Shown here one piece after another: positions 8,315 through 18,110 of a DNA stretch of 64,000 nt. The translations under genes were made by a program, and so were the position numbers. Origin of the DNA: a virus; the IMG/VR virus record IMGVR_UViG_3300035698_018280, positions 64,001 through 128,000 of that record. One strand, 5' to 3'. Position 1 is the first letter of the stretch; every line of letters starts with the position of its first letter. Below the pieces are notes generated by a model. It was not told where the DNA came from. It did no database searches and worked only from the letters and a program-made list of their open reading frames with translations.

Positions 8315-11300
8315 TTATTGGACTGTTGCGGTATTACTTCTTACAGTTATCCCAACTGAAACGCCATCAAACGGTATAACTTCCGCATACCATAGATCGC
8401 CGCTAGCAGTCAATAAATTAGAAACAAGCGACTGATTTGCTACCGAAGCAACTTCTTCAAATAAATCTGCGCCTGATGATTTACGGAACCAACGAATTGA
8501 ACTTTCGTCAGATTGTTCGGTATTTCCCGTGTCAATGTCTTGATCAAAGAACGACCATACAACCGTTAGGTTAGAATTTGAAGTTGGATTTTCAGGTTCA
8601 ACAATAACATTAGTAACAACCGGAGGAGCATTTTGAACAGTAACTACAGGACTCGTTACTGGATCTCCAATAGTGTTACCAGTTGCAGGTCGAACTTCAA
8701 CCTGAATATCATTTCCAATGATTAGAGCAACTACGCTAGTTGATGTTTGTAATTCACCTGGTATAAGTTCATTGTTGTTGAATCCGTTTGTGTTTCCATT
8801 TAGGTTTCCTCGCTTAAACTCAACGCCATTGATATACCAAATGATAGTAGAAACATCTTCTCCTCCATCATCAAAGAAATCGAAATCAGCGAAAGCTATT
8901 GTAGCTGTTGTAACTTCAGTTTGAACTACGCCGCTCGAAGTTCTTCCATTGACAAGAAGAGTTGTAATGAACGGAGGAGCGGCCTCAACTGTAACGGATG
9001 AAGAACGAACAAGAGTTCCAAGAACTTTACCATCGCTCGGTTTAACCGTAAAGTAAATGATGTCACCAACATTCAACAAACTTTCATTTCGTTCACGAGC
9101 AAATTGCTCAGCAGTTGTGCTAGAAGGAACATCCTCTGGCTGAAAACTAAAGCCAAAGGTCCATAGGGGGTCTGCGAAATTAGTAATATCATTCCATTCT
9201 CGTAATCCTCTTAAAAACTCTATTTCAACTCCATTGACATACCATCGTATATCTGTTTTATCAAGATCTTCTATATCTAGATTGAGATCAAAGAACCTAT
9301 AACTTGCAGAAATCTTGTTATAGATAGTCGGAATAGTCGGGAATATTTTAAGATCCAATGCTTCTGGTGGCCGCTCGGCCAATGGCGGCGGCAAGAAAAC
9401 GTTGCTGTTAAAGAAGTAACCAACGCCCTCAATAGCAATAGGATCTGTAGCAAACTTGTTCGTTATTTTTAGACCTATTCTTAATTTTCCAGCATTCTCA
9501 ACGTCTATTATAAACGAGTCAACCTGTTTTGTTTTGAAGACAATCAGTCCATTGCGAGGATAAGATTTGTAATCAGTTTCCTCAATGATGGTCTTATCAG
9601 TTTTCTTAACAACAACTCTGGAAGTTGGGTTCCAGCGTCCATACTTAGCCGAGAAAACAAAGCCATCAATGTTCTCCAGCGGCTCATTGAGAGCATCGTC
9701 AGTTTGTTGTGTTCGAATAGGCAGGTATATCTTTCCATACCTGTCAGCGGCGGGTTGAGATCCGCTCTGGTAGTCATCCCAATTATAAGAATCGCTTGTT
9801 GCTGCTCCTACTTCAATAAAGCTATTAGGTGGAGTATTCGCTCTGATAGCGACAGCGATCTGTTGAGCGCTGAACTCCGGAGTATCACAATCAATATAAA
9901 CAAAACTGTCCTTTGGAACGCTATAGTTGATATTTATATCTGTCAGCGCAGGGATACCTGGCGTAGCAACATCTTCATACACTTCTTCAACGGAAGCGCT
10001 AAGACCGCTCAAGATAGTTGCTCGGAATCTAAAGTAGCGACCGTTAAGTCTGAAGAACTCGACTTCTGCATCAGGATTGAATTTATCACTAAATTCCCCG
10101 AAGTTAAAACCATCATCGCTTGCTGAGACTTGCCAGTTACCGTCTGTGTTATCAAATAAATCGTAATCAAGAGAGATGCTATGAACAACAGCGTTTACGC
10201 CAAGGTCAATAGTCCTTTCATAAACTCCGTAGCCAATAGAACCAGCAACTCTTCCTAACGTATTATTTAGAATTTCATCAAGGAAAGCAGCATCAAGAAC
10301 AGTCTGCGATTGACCGCCTGTAGTCCTTGCTATTTCTTCAAGCGAGTCTGTATCTGTACGAGAAACAAGCGCTGATAATGTAACTGGGAATACGATCGAG
10401 AAGTTATTGATAACAACTGGCGTCTGCCCAAAACCATCAATAGCCTGAATATCTTCAATCGCTTCGGCCTGAGTAGCAAACGATAGATTTTCTTCATTGT
10501 CAGTATGCGAGTAGATTGTTTTCGCTCGACCATCTGCATTATCATTAAGCAGATCTTCTGTTATTTCAGTTAATCCATCAAAATACGGAGACGCTCCAAA
10601 AGGTATAGCATTATCTAAGCGAGCAATGACGTTAAGAGCTTCTGACGCTGTTCCTACATTACCGCTTAGGTGGCGAACTATTTGAGGAATCCATTCAATG
10701 TCCGAAAAATATTGAATAGATGGGCTCTGAAGCTGAGACGTTTGTGAAGGGTTGATATTGAATATCAAGCTACTGTCATCCAGCCCGTCATCAATAGGTT
10801 GATCTGGATTGCTGCTGCTGTCATCATCGCCAGGATCGTCATCATCGCCTGGAAGATCCTTGCTAGCAGAATATTCTCGGCAACCTTCAAACTCGACGAT
10901 ATCGACACCGCCCCCATCATCTCCGCTATCGCCATCGTCTCCCGTATCCCCGTCATCATCGTCGCCATCGTCGCCCGTATCGTCGTCTGGATCTTCAACT
11001 ATATCAGGATCTTCATTGTCCTCAATATCAACTACGGTCTGTCCGTAGAAAAAATCATCAACAACAGTAATCTGAATTCTAATCTTATATGGCCTACGAG
11101 TTGTCCCTTCCTTGATAAGTAAGATATCATCCTGCCCGCCCTGTCCTTCGCCTGTAACTGTTTCTGAAATTCCAAGCTTGTTTTTAATATCATCAATCTT
11201 TCGAAGAATATCATCAGCCCTTGGCAACATTGTTGTTGTACCAAATCCGCTCGATATTTCAAAATCATTACTACTAAATACAACAGGGTAAACAAACGCT

Positions 11301-14300
11301 TGTCGGGAAATAGTATCAGATGCCGACTGCTGTCCCTGGTCGCTGCCGCTAGAAGATTCCTCTGAACCTTCGTCTGTGTTATCTTCGTTACCTGGAAACA
11401 GCAAAAATCCTCGAACTAAAATCCTGATGTCCTTCGGAGGAATTTCGCCAGCATCATCTTTGAGTTCAATGTCTATTGCAACAGACTGACGGCCATCGAG
11501 CCTAGCATTAGCTGGCTCTGCCTTAGCGAGGATCTGAAGGAATCCAGGAGGACGACCGCTTGTTATTCCGCCAGCTACATAGATGAACTGATCGCCGTCT
11601 GACGCAATCCCAAACGATTGTCGTCCAACCGGGTTCTCTGTTAGATTTTGTAAAGATAGTCTAGGGACTGTTCCGCTTTCACCAATAAGTTCAAATCTTC
11701 TTAATGTAGGTGATTTTTTATTAGCGCCTCCGAGGAAGTAAACTCCTTCATATGCTCCAGTTTCAATAGCTGCTGTGCCGCCCTTGTATCTAGGATGAGG
11801 AATATCTCCAAACGAATTATCGTGAACCGTAATAGAGTTTGGATGTAACGGATCAAAAGAAACCGTATCTGTAGGGAATTCAAGTTCCTGATTCTCCCCT
11901 GATCCAATCAATATGGCTCCGCCAAGAATAACTATCGACGGCGTAGATACTGCAAAGTCATCAATAAAAACAAACGGAGATATACGATGATACAATTCAT
12001 AGTCCTGATCAACAAACGAATCGGAATACGTCCAGCTATCTGTCATAATATCATATATCAAAATACGATCATTGAAAAATCTAATTCCTCCCTGACTATC
12101 GATTTCAGTTAAACCTCCGACAATATAAATAGAATCTCCATACTTGACAGCAGAGCTAAGAGCGGTTCCATATTCTGTGCCCGAAATCTCTGGCATTGAA
12201 GAACCGACAGTCCATGTATCAGTAAAGACATCGTAAATTTCTAACTTATTAGAAACATGTAGATCTCCATTTTCTGAAGACAAACCTCCAAAGACATATA
12301 TCTTGCCAGCATCTTCAACAGCTACATGATGCATACGAGGATTTGGAATTGGGGCAAACTCGGTCCATTCATCTGTATCAATAAGATACTGTTCATTACG
12401 TCCAGAGATGCTAGTCCCATTAACCCCTCCGATCGCATATGTAGCATAGCCATAAGGCGTTATTGTATAACTGAGAGAAAGGGCTCCTCTCGGGAAGTTC
12501 ATAGCAGCCTTGTCTTCCCAAGCATCAGTTGATGCATCATAAATGCTCATCTTTGCATCAAAGACGTTATTTACAATTCCTTTTTCATCCGTATCATCGT
12601 CGTCAGTATCTTGATCCTGCTGCTCGGAATCATAAACAATAGTCAAACAAGTGGTCATATTTCGTTCAACATCGCCCCTCTTATCATATTGAGTTTTTGC
12701 TTGAACCTGTGCACTAAAGCTTTCAACAGGGTTCAATGGCAATATAGTAAAGGACGCATAGGATTTGACACCTCCGCCAAGAAACTCATCCTCCTGTTGG
12801 AATGTAAAGACAACTGATTCAGTGACTACAACCTTAGATGGATTTTCTCCTGCGATAGTTAAGAAGACAGGAGTTCCGTTTGGAACTGGCTTGCCAGAAA
12901 ATGAAACCTCAAGAATAAACGTATGTCGAGATTGTCCATCAACTAGCAAATCTTCTATAGGCTCATTATCTCTACGAACATCAACAATGCGGATTTTGAG
13001 AGGTTCTTTTAATCGAAGGACTGTTGGTGGGATTCCGTTTTCGTAGCCGCCGCCGCCGTTAAGAAAGCGAGTCTCTCCATCAAGAATAACTGTTGTTCTT
13101 CCTATTATCGATCTATCAAAAGGTTCTTCTTTCAATCCTCCAGGAAGTTCTATTGCAGAACAAATATTACTTAATGAACCGGGTGAATCGGTATTATCGT
13201 TCTTCTGCGGCGGGCCAATAAATCTATTTATTCTTAGATAGACATCAGTTGTATCATTCTCTTCTGATAATGGAAGAGATACGAACGCAGTCTCTTTATT
13301 AGCATCTAAGAAAACGAATTCATCAAGATAAGGATCTAATTCAATTGAAAGATCTTCTCCATAAAGTATTTCAAACGCATCGCCTGTTTCTATTTCAATA
13401 AGCTGTCCAAAGTTCAAAATAAACAACGTTCCGCTAAATGCGCTCGCGCACGATCTAAACTCAGTTGAAAATGGAATCGATGCAGTATTGGGGTCTCTAG
13501 CAATCTTTAGATTTTCAAAATCATATCCATCGGCCCACATTTCATTAATGAGACGACGAAAACTCATATGGAAACGAGAGCCAAAACTGCCAGGAACAGC
13601 CTGCGGATACAGAGTTAAAGGCCTTTCCTCAAAAGCATTCAATCCGTCATAAGTTATAGATGCTTTGAGAGCATACATTTCAGGGACGAGAGCAGGACCA
13701 CCTCTTTCTGGTCCCAAATCAACAACTGTCCATGTAACCCCGCAAGCAGGACCAAAGAAAATCTTTCGGGCAGTATTATTTCGAATGAATGAAAATACTC
13801 CTGATGCAATCGGTACATTATCAAGAGAATAAAATGGTCTATCTCGACCACCAAGACCTTTCTGCAGGTTCCATTTACAAATCTCATTATCAGGAATACG
13901 AGTTTTACGAGGATTTCTTGAATCAGGACTATCTGGATCGATCAAGTAACAATGAGCAAATTCCTCAACAATATCAATACAGTCTGGATCGGGGGCGCTA
14001 ACAGTAAGCTCGACTCGCAAGATATTTTCGAATGCTATGTAAAGGCTTTTACGACCAACAAATCCGTTGAATGTAGCTTGAGCAAACAGCATAACTCCCT
14101 GCGGCCTATTGGGAGCCAACAATGGTATATCTGCAAAACTAATCTCTGTAAGATTACCTTCCCCGTCGTCCTCAAGCCCAAGACTCAGGTCCAAAGTTGT
14201 TGACGGAGGAAGAACTTCACGGCTCTTACGGTCAGAGAATCCTGGATCAAATGGTACTGGCGGATCAGCATCAGGATCATCGCAAATTGGATCTGAAGCC

Positions 14301-17300
14301 TCATGAACAGCAACAAAAGCTCGACCGCCAATTCTTACTGGCTCATCTCTGTACTGTACTTTTATTCTAGCTACAAACGGAGTTGTTTTACGAATATATG
14401 TTCCATCAAAGTCTTTCTCGTGATTAGGATTAAATCCGGTGCCGCCAGAAGCAATAAAATCAACATCAAACAATGGAACTTCTTGCTTACAAAGATGAGT
14501 AATACGATCTCTACCAAAGTTGATAAGTTCCATCTTAAACGGATTTTTCATCGTTATAGAAATAGGTAGCGATGTAAAACGAAACGCATCTTTACCTGGA
14601 TCTTCTTTATCAGGTACAGAAAAAATAATCTTGATCGAAAGAGACAATGTACTGATAGCAGATATAATATTGAAATCAGGGGCCATGCGAACAATGCCCT
14701 TAAGAATTCCGTTGCCTTGCGGAGTAGATGATAAAATAAACGTCTCTTCAGGCGTTGGTCTGAATGAAGAGCGATCAATCGTCTCGCCAAATACATCCTC
14801 TGCTAATTGAGACGAACTTGTTGATGCTATCGCCTCGAAACGAAGACGAGAATCATCTGCCAGAGGCGCTCCAAACTCATCTGTTATCTGCGCAAAAAGA
14901 GCTATTCGTTGATCGAACCATGCCTCGATGTTCTTCTGGAAGCGGATAGGCTGCTCCCATTGAAGACTAAGAGCATTCTCGTTTACCAATTCGTAGCGAA
15001 GCTTCCTTACCTCAAGAAGGGGTATACCAGTTTCATCAGCAGTCTCAAGAGGTATGCCTTGAAAATAGAATGGAATAGATTTATAGCCATACCTATCCGT
15101 AGAAACAATAGCATAAAAAGCAACAGTATTATTACTTATGTTTCGATGAACAAACTCAGTTTGACTATCTGTTCCAGAGAAAATACGTTCCGCATCGCTT
15201 GATACAATTCCATTATCATCAAAAACAGGTAATGAGTCTTCAGAGTAATATATTTCAGTCTGTGTATGCCTGTCGTCAGTGGCAGACAGGTTCCATTTAA
15301 TATAATTCTTTCTATTTCCAACTTGTTGTGTAACATTTGTTATTTGCAATAACGCCGGCGACGGAGGATCAATTGCATTAGCCCGGTCAGTGGCATTGGT
15401 TTGATCTTCAGTTGAAAAAGCTGGTATTGTTACTGACAAAACAGGAGAGTCAGCCCAGTTGCTATAGTTGCCAACCGTGTTGCGAGAAAATATTTTATAA
15501 TGGTAAACTCTGCCATGAACATAATCCTGTTGCAAACTGAAAACAAATGCGCCAGATGAAACAGTGTCATCGAATACGATAGTACCATCATTTTCATGGA
15601 ATGGTTCTAATCCATAACCATTGAATTCTCTAATTAGATCGCCGTTGTCATCGACTTCTCCAGTAAACGAGTAATCAACGCCGCCTGCAGCTTGTTTCTC
15701 AAGAATACGCACTCCGCCGCCTTCAAAATCAAAGTTATCAGGAACAGAGTAGTTTAGTAGCAATAACCTATCGCCGTTGTCATCGACTTTTTCTCGAAAA
15801 TCTTCCGGAAGAACAGCGGCAGCAGAAATGAACTCAGCAGATTTTACTTCATTATAAACAGCAACATCGGAAACTTTTCCAAATAACGATTGCGATAAAC
15901 TTCCATTATCAATCGATCCTACTTGAAACACCTTATTAGAAGTTCCATCTTCAAAAGGATTAAGATCGCCTGTCGGAACGGATGACGTTAGAACTTCTCC
16001 ATTCAGATAGAATAGAACCGTATCAGTATCGAAATCAACAGTAACAGCAATATGAATCCACTCATCATAAGGAATGGTTTCAGATGCTACTACAAGCTTT
16101 ATTGAAGGGAACTTCGTTGCTAATAAAATAGACTGACTTGAAGTAACGCTTATCCAGTATGAAACATCATTGGTAACAGTATCAAATCTGGAAAATAATG
16201 TAGATCCTCCAGCACTTTCCTGTATATAGAACCAGCCTGAAAATGTCATCTGGTTATTTACTAAATTGTTTTCATTATCATCTACGCTAAAACTATCTCT
16301 AACTGTATCAAACGTTTCGCCGCTCATTCTAGCGCCGCTACGACCGCTTGGAACATCTACAGGATTTAGCCAAATTGGATCAGAGTCATCTCCCGCCCAG
16401 GTTATATGTCTTTGATTCTGAGTAAAGTCATATGCAATTCCGCCTATTCCCTCATCAAAGTGCCAAAGACCAAGAGCATTATCTTCTACCAATGGACCGC
16501 TGCCCGTCATGATATTAGCAGTAAACTGACCTATGCCAGTTGGAATATCTCGAATTCGGGGAGTTGCTTGAACTTCAACCCCCTGGCTAAAAGTTCCATT
16601 TTCATCAAATGTGAAAACCTTATAGAATAGCTCGGTATCTTCGGCAAGATTATCATCAAAAGTTCGATCAAAAAATCCTTCTTGAACAATGTCCCCATCA
16701 ATAGCATTGGTTGGGAATCCCCCAGCTTTACGGACAATTCTAATGCCAGCATAACCGCTTTCTTGATCTGAAAAGAATGACGAAGCAACAGCGTCAGTAT
16801 CGCTTGTATCAATCGAATCATCTTCAACAACAGCAAAGAAATTAACCCTAATCGGAGTACCTTCAAATGAATAGACATTCCATTTGACATCGCCAGGATA
16901 AGTAGAGTCCACCCTATTGATCATGCGACGACTTAGTTCAAGCCTAGTGTTCTCGCTATCATTCCAAGACATCGAACCGCTCTGATCGACAAGCAAACTG
17001 ACAACTCGATCTGGAAGATTGAGTTCAACTTTTTCTTCGCCATTATCATCATTTGGAACAACGCTAGTATTTAATAATACAGGATCTCCTAATGGATCAT
17101 CAAAATCATTAACGATAAGCGTCTGCGCTTCGGAAGGAGGCGTATTTATTTTGCAATCAGCAACGTCAAAAGAATCTCGGAATGACCACGCTTGTATAGC
17201 CAAGCTGTCGTTACTAACAAGAGTCCAAAGGCCAGTATCAGGATCAAACGTAACTGTAGGAGTCAAAAAAGTAGTTGGCTCATAAGGATCAAGATCAGCT

Positions 17301-18109
17301 TTTGCCAAATCCCAGATAACATAATGGTCGTCAGTCTTCTCAGAAGAAAATAGTAAGAATCCCAAAGAAGTATCATCATCAACAGATATAGGAGATTGTC
17401 CTGGAAGAACCCCTATATCAAAATTGTACCAATCATCGATCGTAATATGATCTTTAGTATTTTTTAGATCATATATAGAAAGCTCTGTAGTCGGTAATAG
17501 ATTACTATCTAGTTCAAAAACCTTACTATGAATAGTCACATATGGAGGAGTACCGAAGCCAGGATTATTTACATCCCAACCTACAATATCAAAATCACCT
17601 CGACTTAATGCAATCGCATCTATATAAACTCCATCTCCAACATCATTACTGGCTGATATGCCAAGAACATGTTCTGCATTATCTGGTATAACAAAAGGAG
17701 AAAAAAGATCAGCATCTATCCACGCCCAAATATTGGCAGGTAAGGAAAACGAACCAGTTTCAATAATCTGGTTATCATCGAGATATATTTTTACATTTAT
17801 ATTGCTGGACGAGATATTTCTAACTCTTACCCAAATATTGATCTTGTCTGATTTTTCAGCCTTCACGGGAAATTCAATAATAGGCTGAGCTTCGCCAATC
17901 AAACTATCGGATCTCATGCACCCGGTTCCAGAGAAATCAACAACCTGATTATCGAAAACTACAGGATTAGTTCCGTGCGAAACGCTTGCGGCGTTAGCAG
18001 CATTGATCATAAGAACTTCAGAATCGTCTTCAGGCACGACAAAGAAATCTGCAGGCGATGAGCCAACAGGTCTTAAATAAGTTGATACTTTTGTTGGAAA
18101 ACCTGCCAT
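8315..18109 (-). CDS. giant multidomain virion tail-tip/adhesin protein, 3264 aa: split vWA, FN3-like x3, LamG, Big_1-like Ig domains, Kelch propeller, three C-terminal A9-like Ig repeats
   Basis: MIDAS DQSGS (16973-16987); LamG LWHFDEG..WIHIAVT..YLNG (about 15830-16480); six Kelch GG blades (about 11560-12550); WY.NG Ig repeats (8315-9375); no signal peptide; located in the tail gene block. Confidence 0.8.
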   Translation of the reverse strand: MAGFPTKVSTYLRPVGSSPADFFVVPEDDSEVLMINAANAASVSHGTNPVVFDNQVVDFSGTGCMRSDSLIGEAQPIIEFPVKAEKSDKINIWVRVRNISSSNINVKIYLDDNQIIETGSFSLPANIWAWIDADLFSPFVIPDNAEHVLGISASNDVGDGVYIDAIALSRGDFDIVGWDVNNPGFGTPPYVTIHSKVFELDSNLLPTTELSIYDLKNTKDHITIDDWYNFDIGVLPGQSPISVDDDTSLGFLLFSSEKTDDHYVIWDLAKADLDPYEPTTFLTPTVTFDPDTGLWTLVSNDSLAIQAWSFRDSFDVADCKINTPPSEAQTLIVNDFDDPLGDPVLLNTSVVPNDDNGEEKVELNLPDRVVSLLVDQSGSMSWNDSENTRLELSRRMINRVDSTYPGDVKWNVYSFEGTPIRVNFFAVVEDDSIDTSDTDAVASSFFSDQESGYAGIRIVRKAGGFPTNAIDGDIVQEGFFDRTFDDNLAEDTELFYKVFTFDENGTFSQGVEVQATPRIRDIPTGIGQFTANIMTGSGPLVEDNALGLWHFDEGIGGIAYDFTQNQRHITWAGDDSDPIWLNPVDVPSGRSGARMSGETFDTVRDSFSVDDNENNLVNNQMTFSGWFYIQESAGGSTLFSRFDTVTNDVSYWISVTSSQSILLATKFPSIKLVVASETIPYDEWIHIAVTVDFDTDTVLFYLNGEVLTSSVPTGDLNPFEDGTSNKVFQVGSIDNGSLSQSLFGKVSDVAVYNEVKSAEFISAAAVLPEDFREKVDDNGDRLLLLNYSVPDNFDFEGGGVRILEKQAAGGVDYSFTGEVDDNGDLIREFNGYGLEPFHENDGTIVFDDTVSSGAFVFSLQQDYVHGRVYHYKIFSRNTVGNYSNWADSPVLSVTIPAFSTEDQTNATDRANAIDPPSPALLQITNVTQQVGNRKNYIKWNLSATDDRHTQTEIYYSEDSLPVFDDNGIVSSDAERIFSGTDSQTEFVHRNISNNTVAFYAIVSTDRYGYKSIPFYFQGIPLETADETGIPLLEVRKLRYELVNENALSLQWEQPIRFQKNIEAWFDQRIALFAQITDEFGAPLADDSRLRFEAIASTSSSQLAEDVFGETIDRSSFRPTPEETFILSSTPQGNGILKGIVRMAPDFNIISAISTLSLSIKIIFSVPDKEDPGKDAFRFTSLPISITMKNPFKMELINFGRDRITHLCKQEVPLFDVDFIASGGTGFNPNHEKDFDGTYIRKTTPFVARIKVQYRDEPVRIGGRAFVAVHEASDPICDDPDADPPVPFDPGFSDRKSREVLPPSTTLDLSLGLEDDGEGNLTEISFADIPLLAPNRPQGVMLFAQATFNGFVGRKSLYIAFENILRVELTVSAPDPDCIDIVEEFAHCYLIDPDSPDSRNPRKTRIPDNEICKWNLQKGLGGRDRPFYSLDNVPIASGVFSFIRNNTARKIFFGPACGVTWTVVDLGPERGGPALVPEMYALKASITYDGLNAFEERPLTLYPQAVPGSFGSRFHMSFRRLINEMWADGYDFENLKIARDPNTASIPFSTEFRSCASAFSGTLFILNFGQLIEIETGDAFEILYGEDLSIELDPYLDEFVFLDANKETAFVSLPLSEENDTTDVYLRINRFIGPPQKNDNTDSPGSLSNICSAIELPGGLKEEPFDRSIIGRTTVILDGETRFLNGGGGYENGIPPTVLRLKEPLKIRIVDVRRDNEPIEDLLVDGQSRHTFILEVSFSGKPVPNGTPVFLTIAGENPSKVVVTESVVFTFQQEDEFLGGGVKSYASFTILPLNPVESFSAQVQAKTQYDKRGDVERNMTTCLTIVYDSEQQDQDTDDDDTDEKGIVNNVFDAKMSIYDASTDAWEDKAAMNFPRGALSLSYTITPYGYATYAIGGVNGTSISGRNEQYLIDTDEWTEFAPIPNPRMHHVAVEDAGKIYVFGGLSSENGDLHVSNKLEIYDVFTDTWTVGSSMPEISGTEYGTALSSAVKYGDSIYIVGGLTEIDSQGGIRFFNDRILIYDIMTDSWTYSDSFVDQDYELYHRISPFVFIDDFAVSTPSIVILGGAILIGSGENQELEFPTDTVSFDPLHPNSITVHDNSFGDIPHPRYKGGTAAIETGAYEGVYFLGGANKKSPTLRRFELIGESGTVPRLSLQNLTENPVGRQSFGIASDGDQFIYVAGGITSGRPPGFLQILAKAEPANARLDGRQSVAIDIELKDDAGEIPPKDIRILVRGFLLFPGNEDNTDEGSEESSSGSDQGQQSASDTISRQAFVYPVVFSSNDFEISSGFGTTTMLPRADDILRKIDDIKNKLGISETVTGEGQGGQDDILLIKEGTTRRPYKIRIQITVVDDFFYGQTVVDIEDNEDPDIVEDPDDDTGDDGDDDDGDTGDDGDSGDDGGGVDIVEFEGCREYSASKDLPGDDDDPGDDDSSSNPDQPIDDGLDDSSLIFNINPSQTSQLQSPSIQYFSDIEWIPQIVRHLSGNVGTASEALNVIARLDNAIPFGASPYFDGLTEITEDLLNDNADGRAKTIYSHTDNEENLSFATQAEAIEDIQAIDGFGQTPVVINNFSIVFPVTLSALVSRTDTDSLEEIARTTGGQSQTVLDAAFLDEILNNTLGRVAGSIGYGVYERTIDLGVNAVVHSISLDYDLFDNTDGNWQVSASDDGFNFGEFSDKFNPDAEVEFFRLNGRYFRFRATILSGLSASVEEVYEDVATPGIPALTDININYSVPKDSFVYIDCDTPEFSAQQIAVAIRANTPPNSFIEVGAATSDSYNWDDYQSGSQPAADRYGKIYLPIRTQQTDDALNEPLENIDGFVFSAKYGRWNPTSRVVVKKTDKTIIEETDYKSYPRNGLIVFKTKQVDSFIIDVENAGKLRIGLKITNKFATDPIAIEGVGYFFNSNVFLPPPLAERPPEALDLKIFPTIPTIYNKISASYRFFDLNLDIEDLDKTDIRWYVNGVEIEFLRGLREWNDITNFADPLWTFGFSFQPEDVPSSTTAEQFARERNESLLNVGDIIYFTVKPSDGKVLGTLVRSSSVTVEAAPPFITTLLVNGRTSSGVVQTEVTTATIAFADFDFFDDGGEDVSTIIWYINGVEFKRGNLNGNTNGFNNNELIPGELQTSTSVVALIIGNDIQVEVRPATGNTIGDPVTSPVVTVQNAPPVVTNVIVEPENPTSNSNLTVVWSFFDQDIDTGNTEQSDESSIRWFRKSSGADLFEEVASVANQSLVSNLLTASGDLWYAEVIPFDGVSVGITVRSNTATVQ
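10800..11030 (-). repeat. Asp/Gly low-complexity coding tract (DDDTGDDGDDDDGDTGDDG; PGDDDDPGDDD)
   Basis: Imperfect GAT/GAC/GGC-rich repeats inside the 3264 aa gene. Confidence 0.8.
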
Positions 18110-18110
18110 A

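Noticed and set aside
10690..16850. Intein explaining the split vWA domain
   Set aside because: No Hint motifs, no HN/C junction and no LAGLIDADG seen; the insert consists of ordinary adhesion domains
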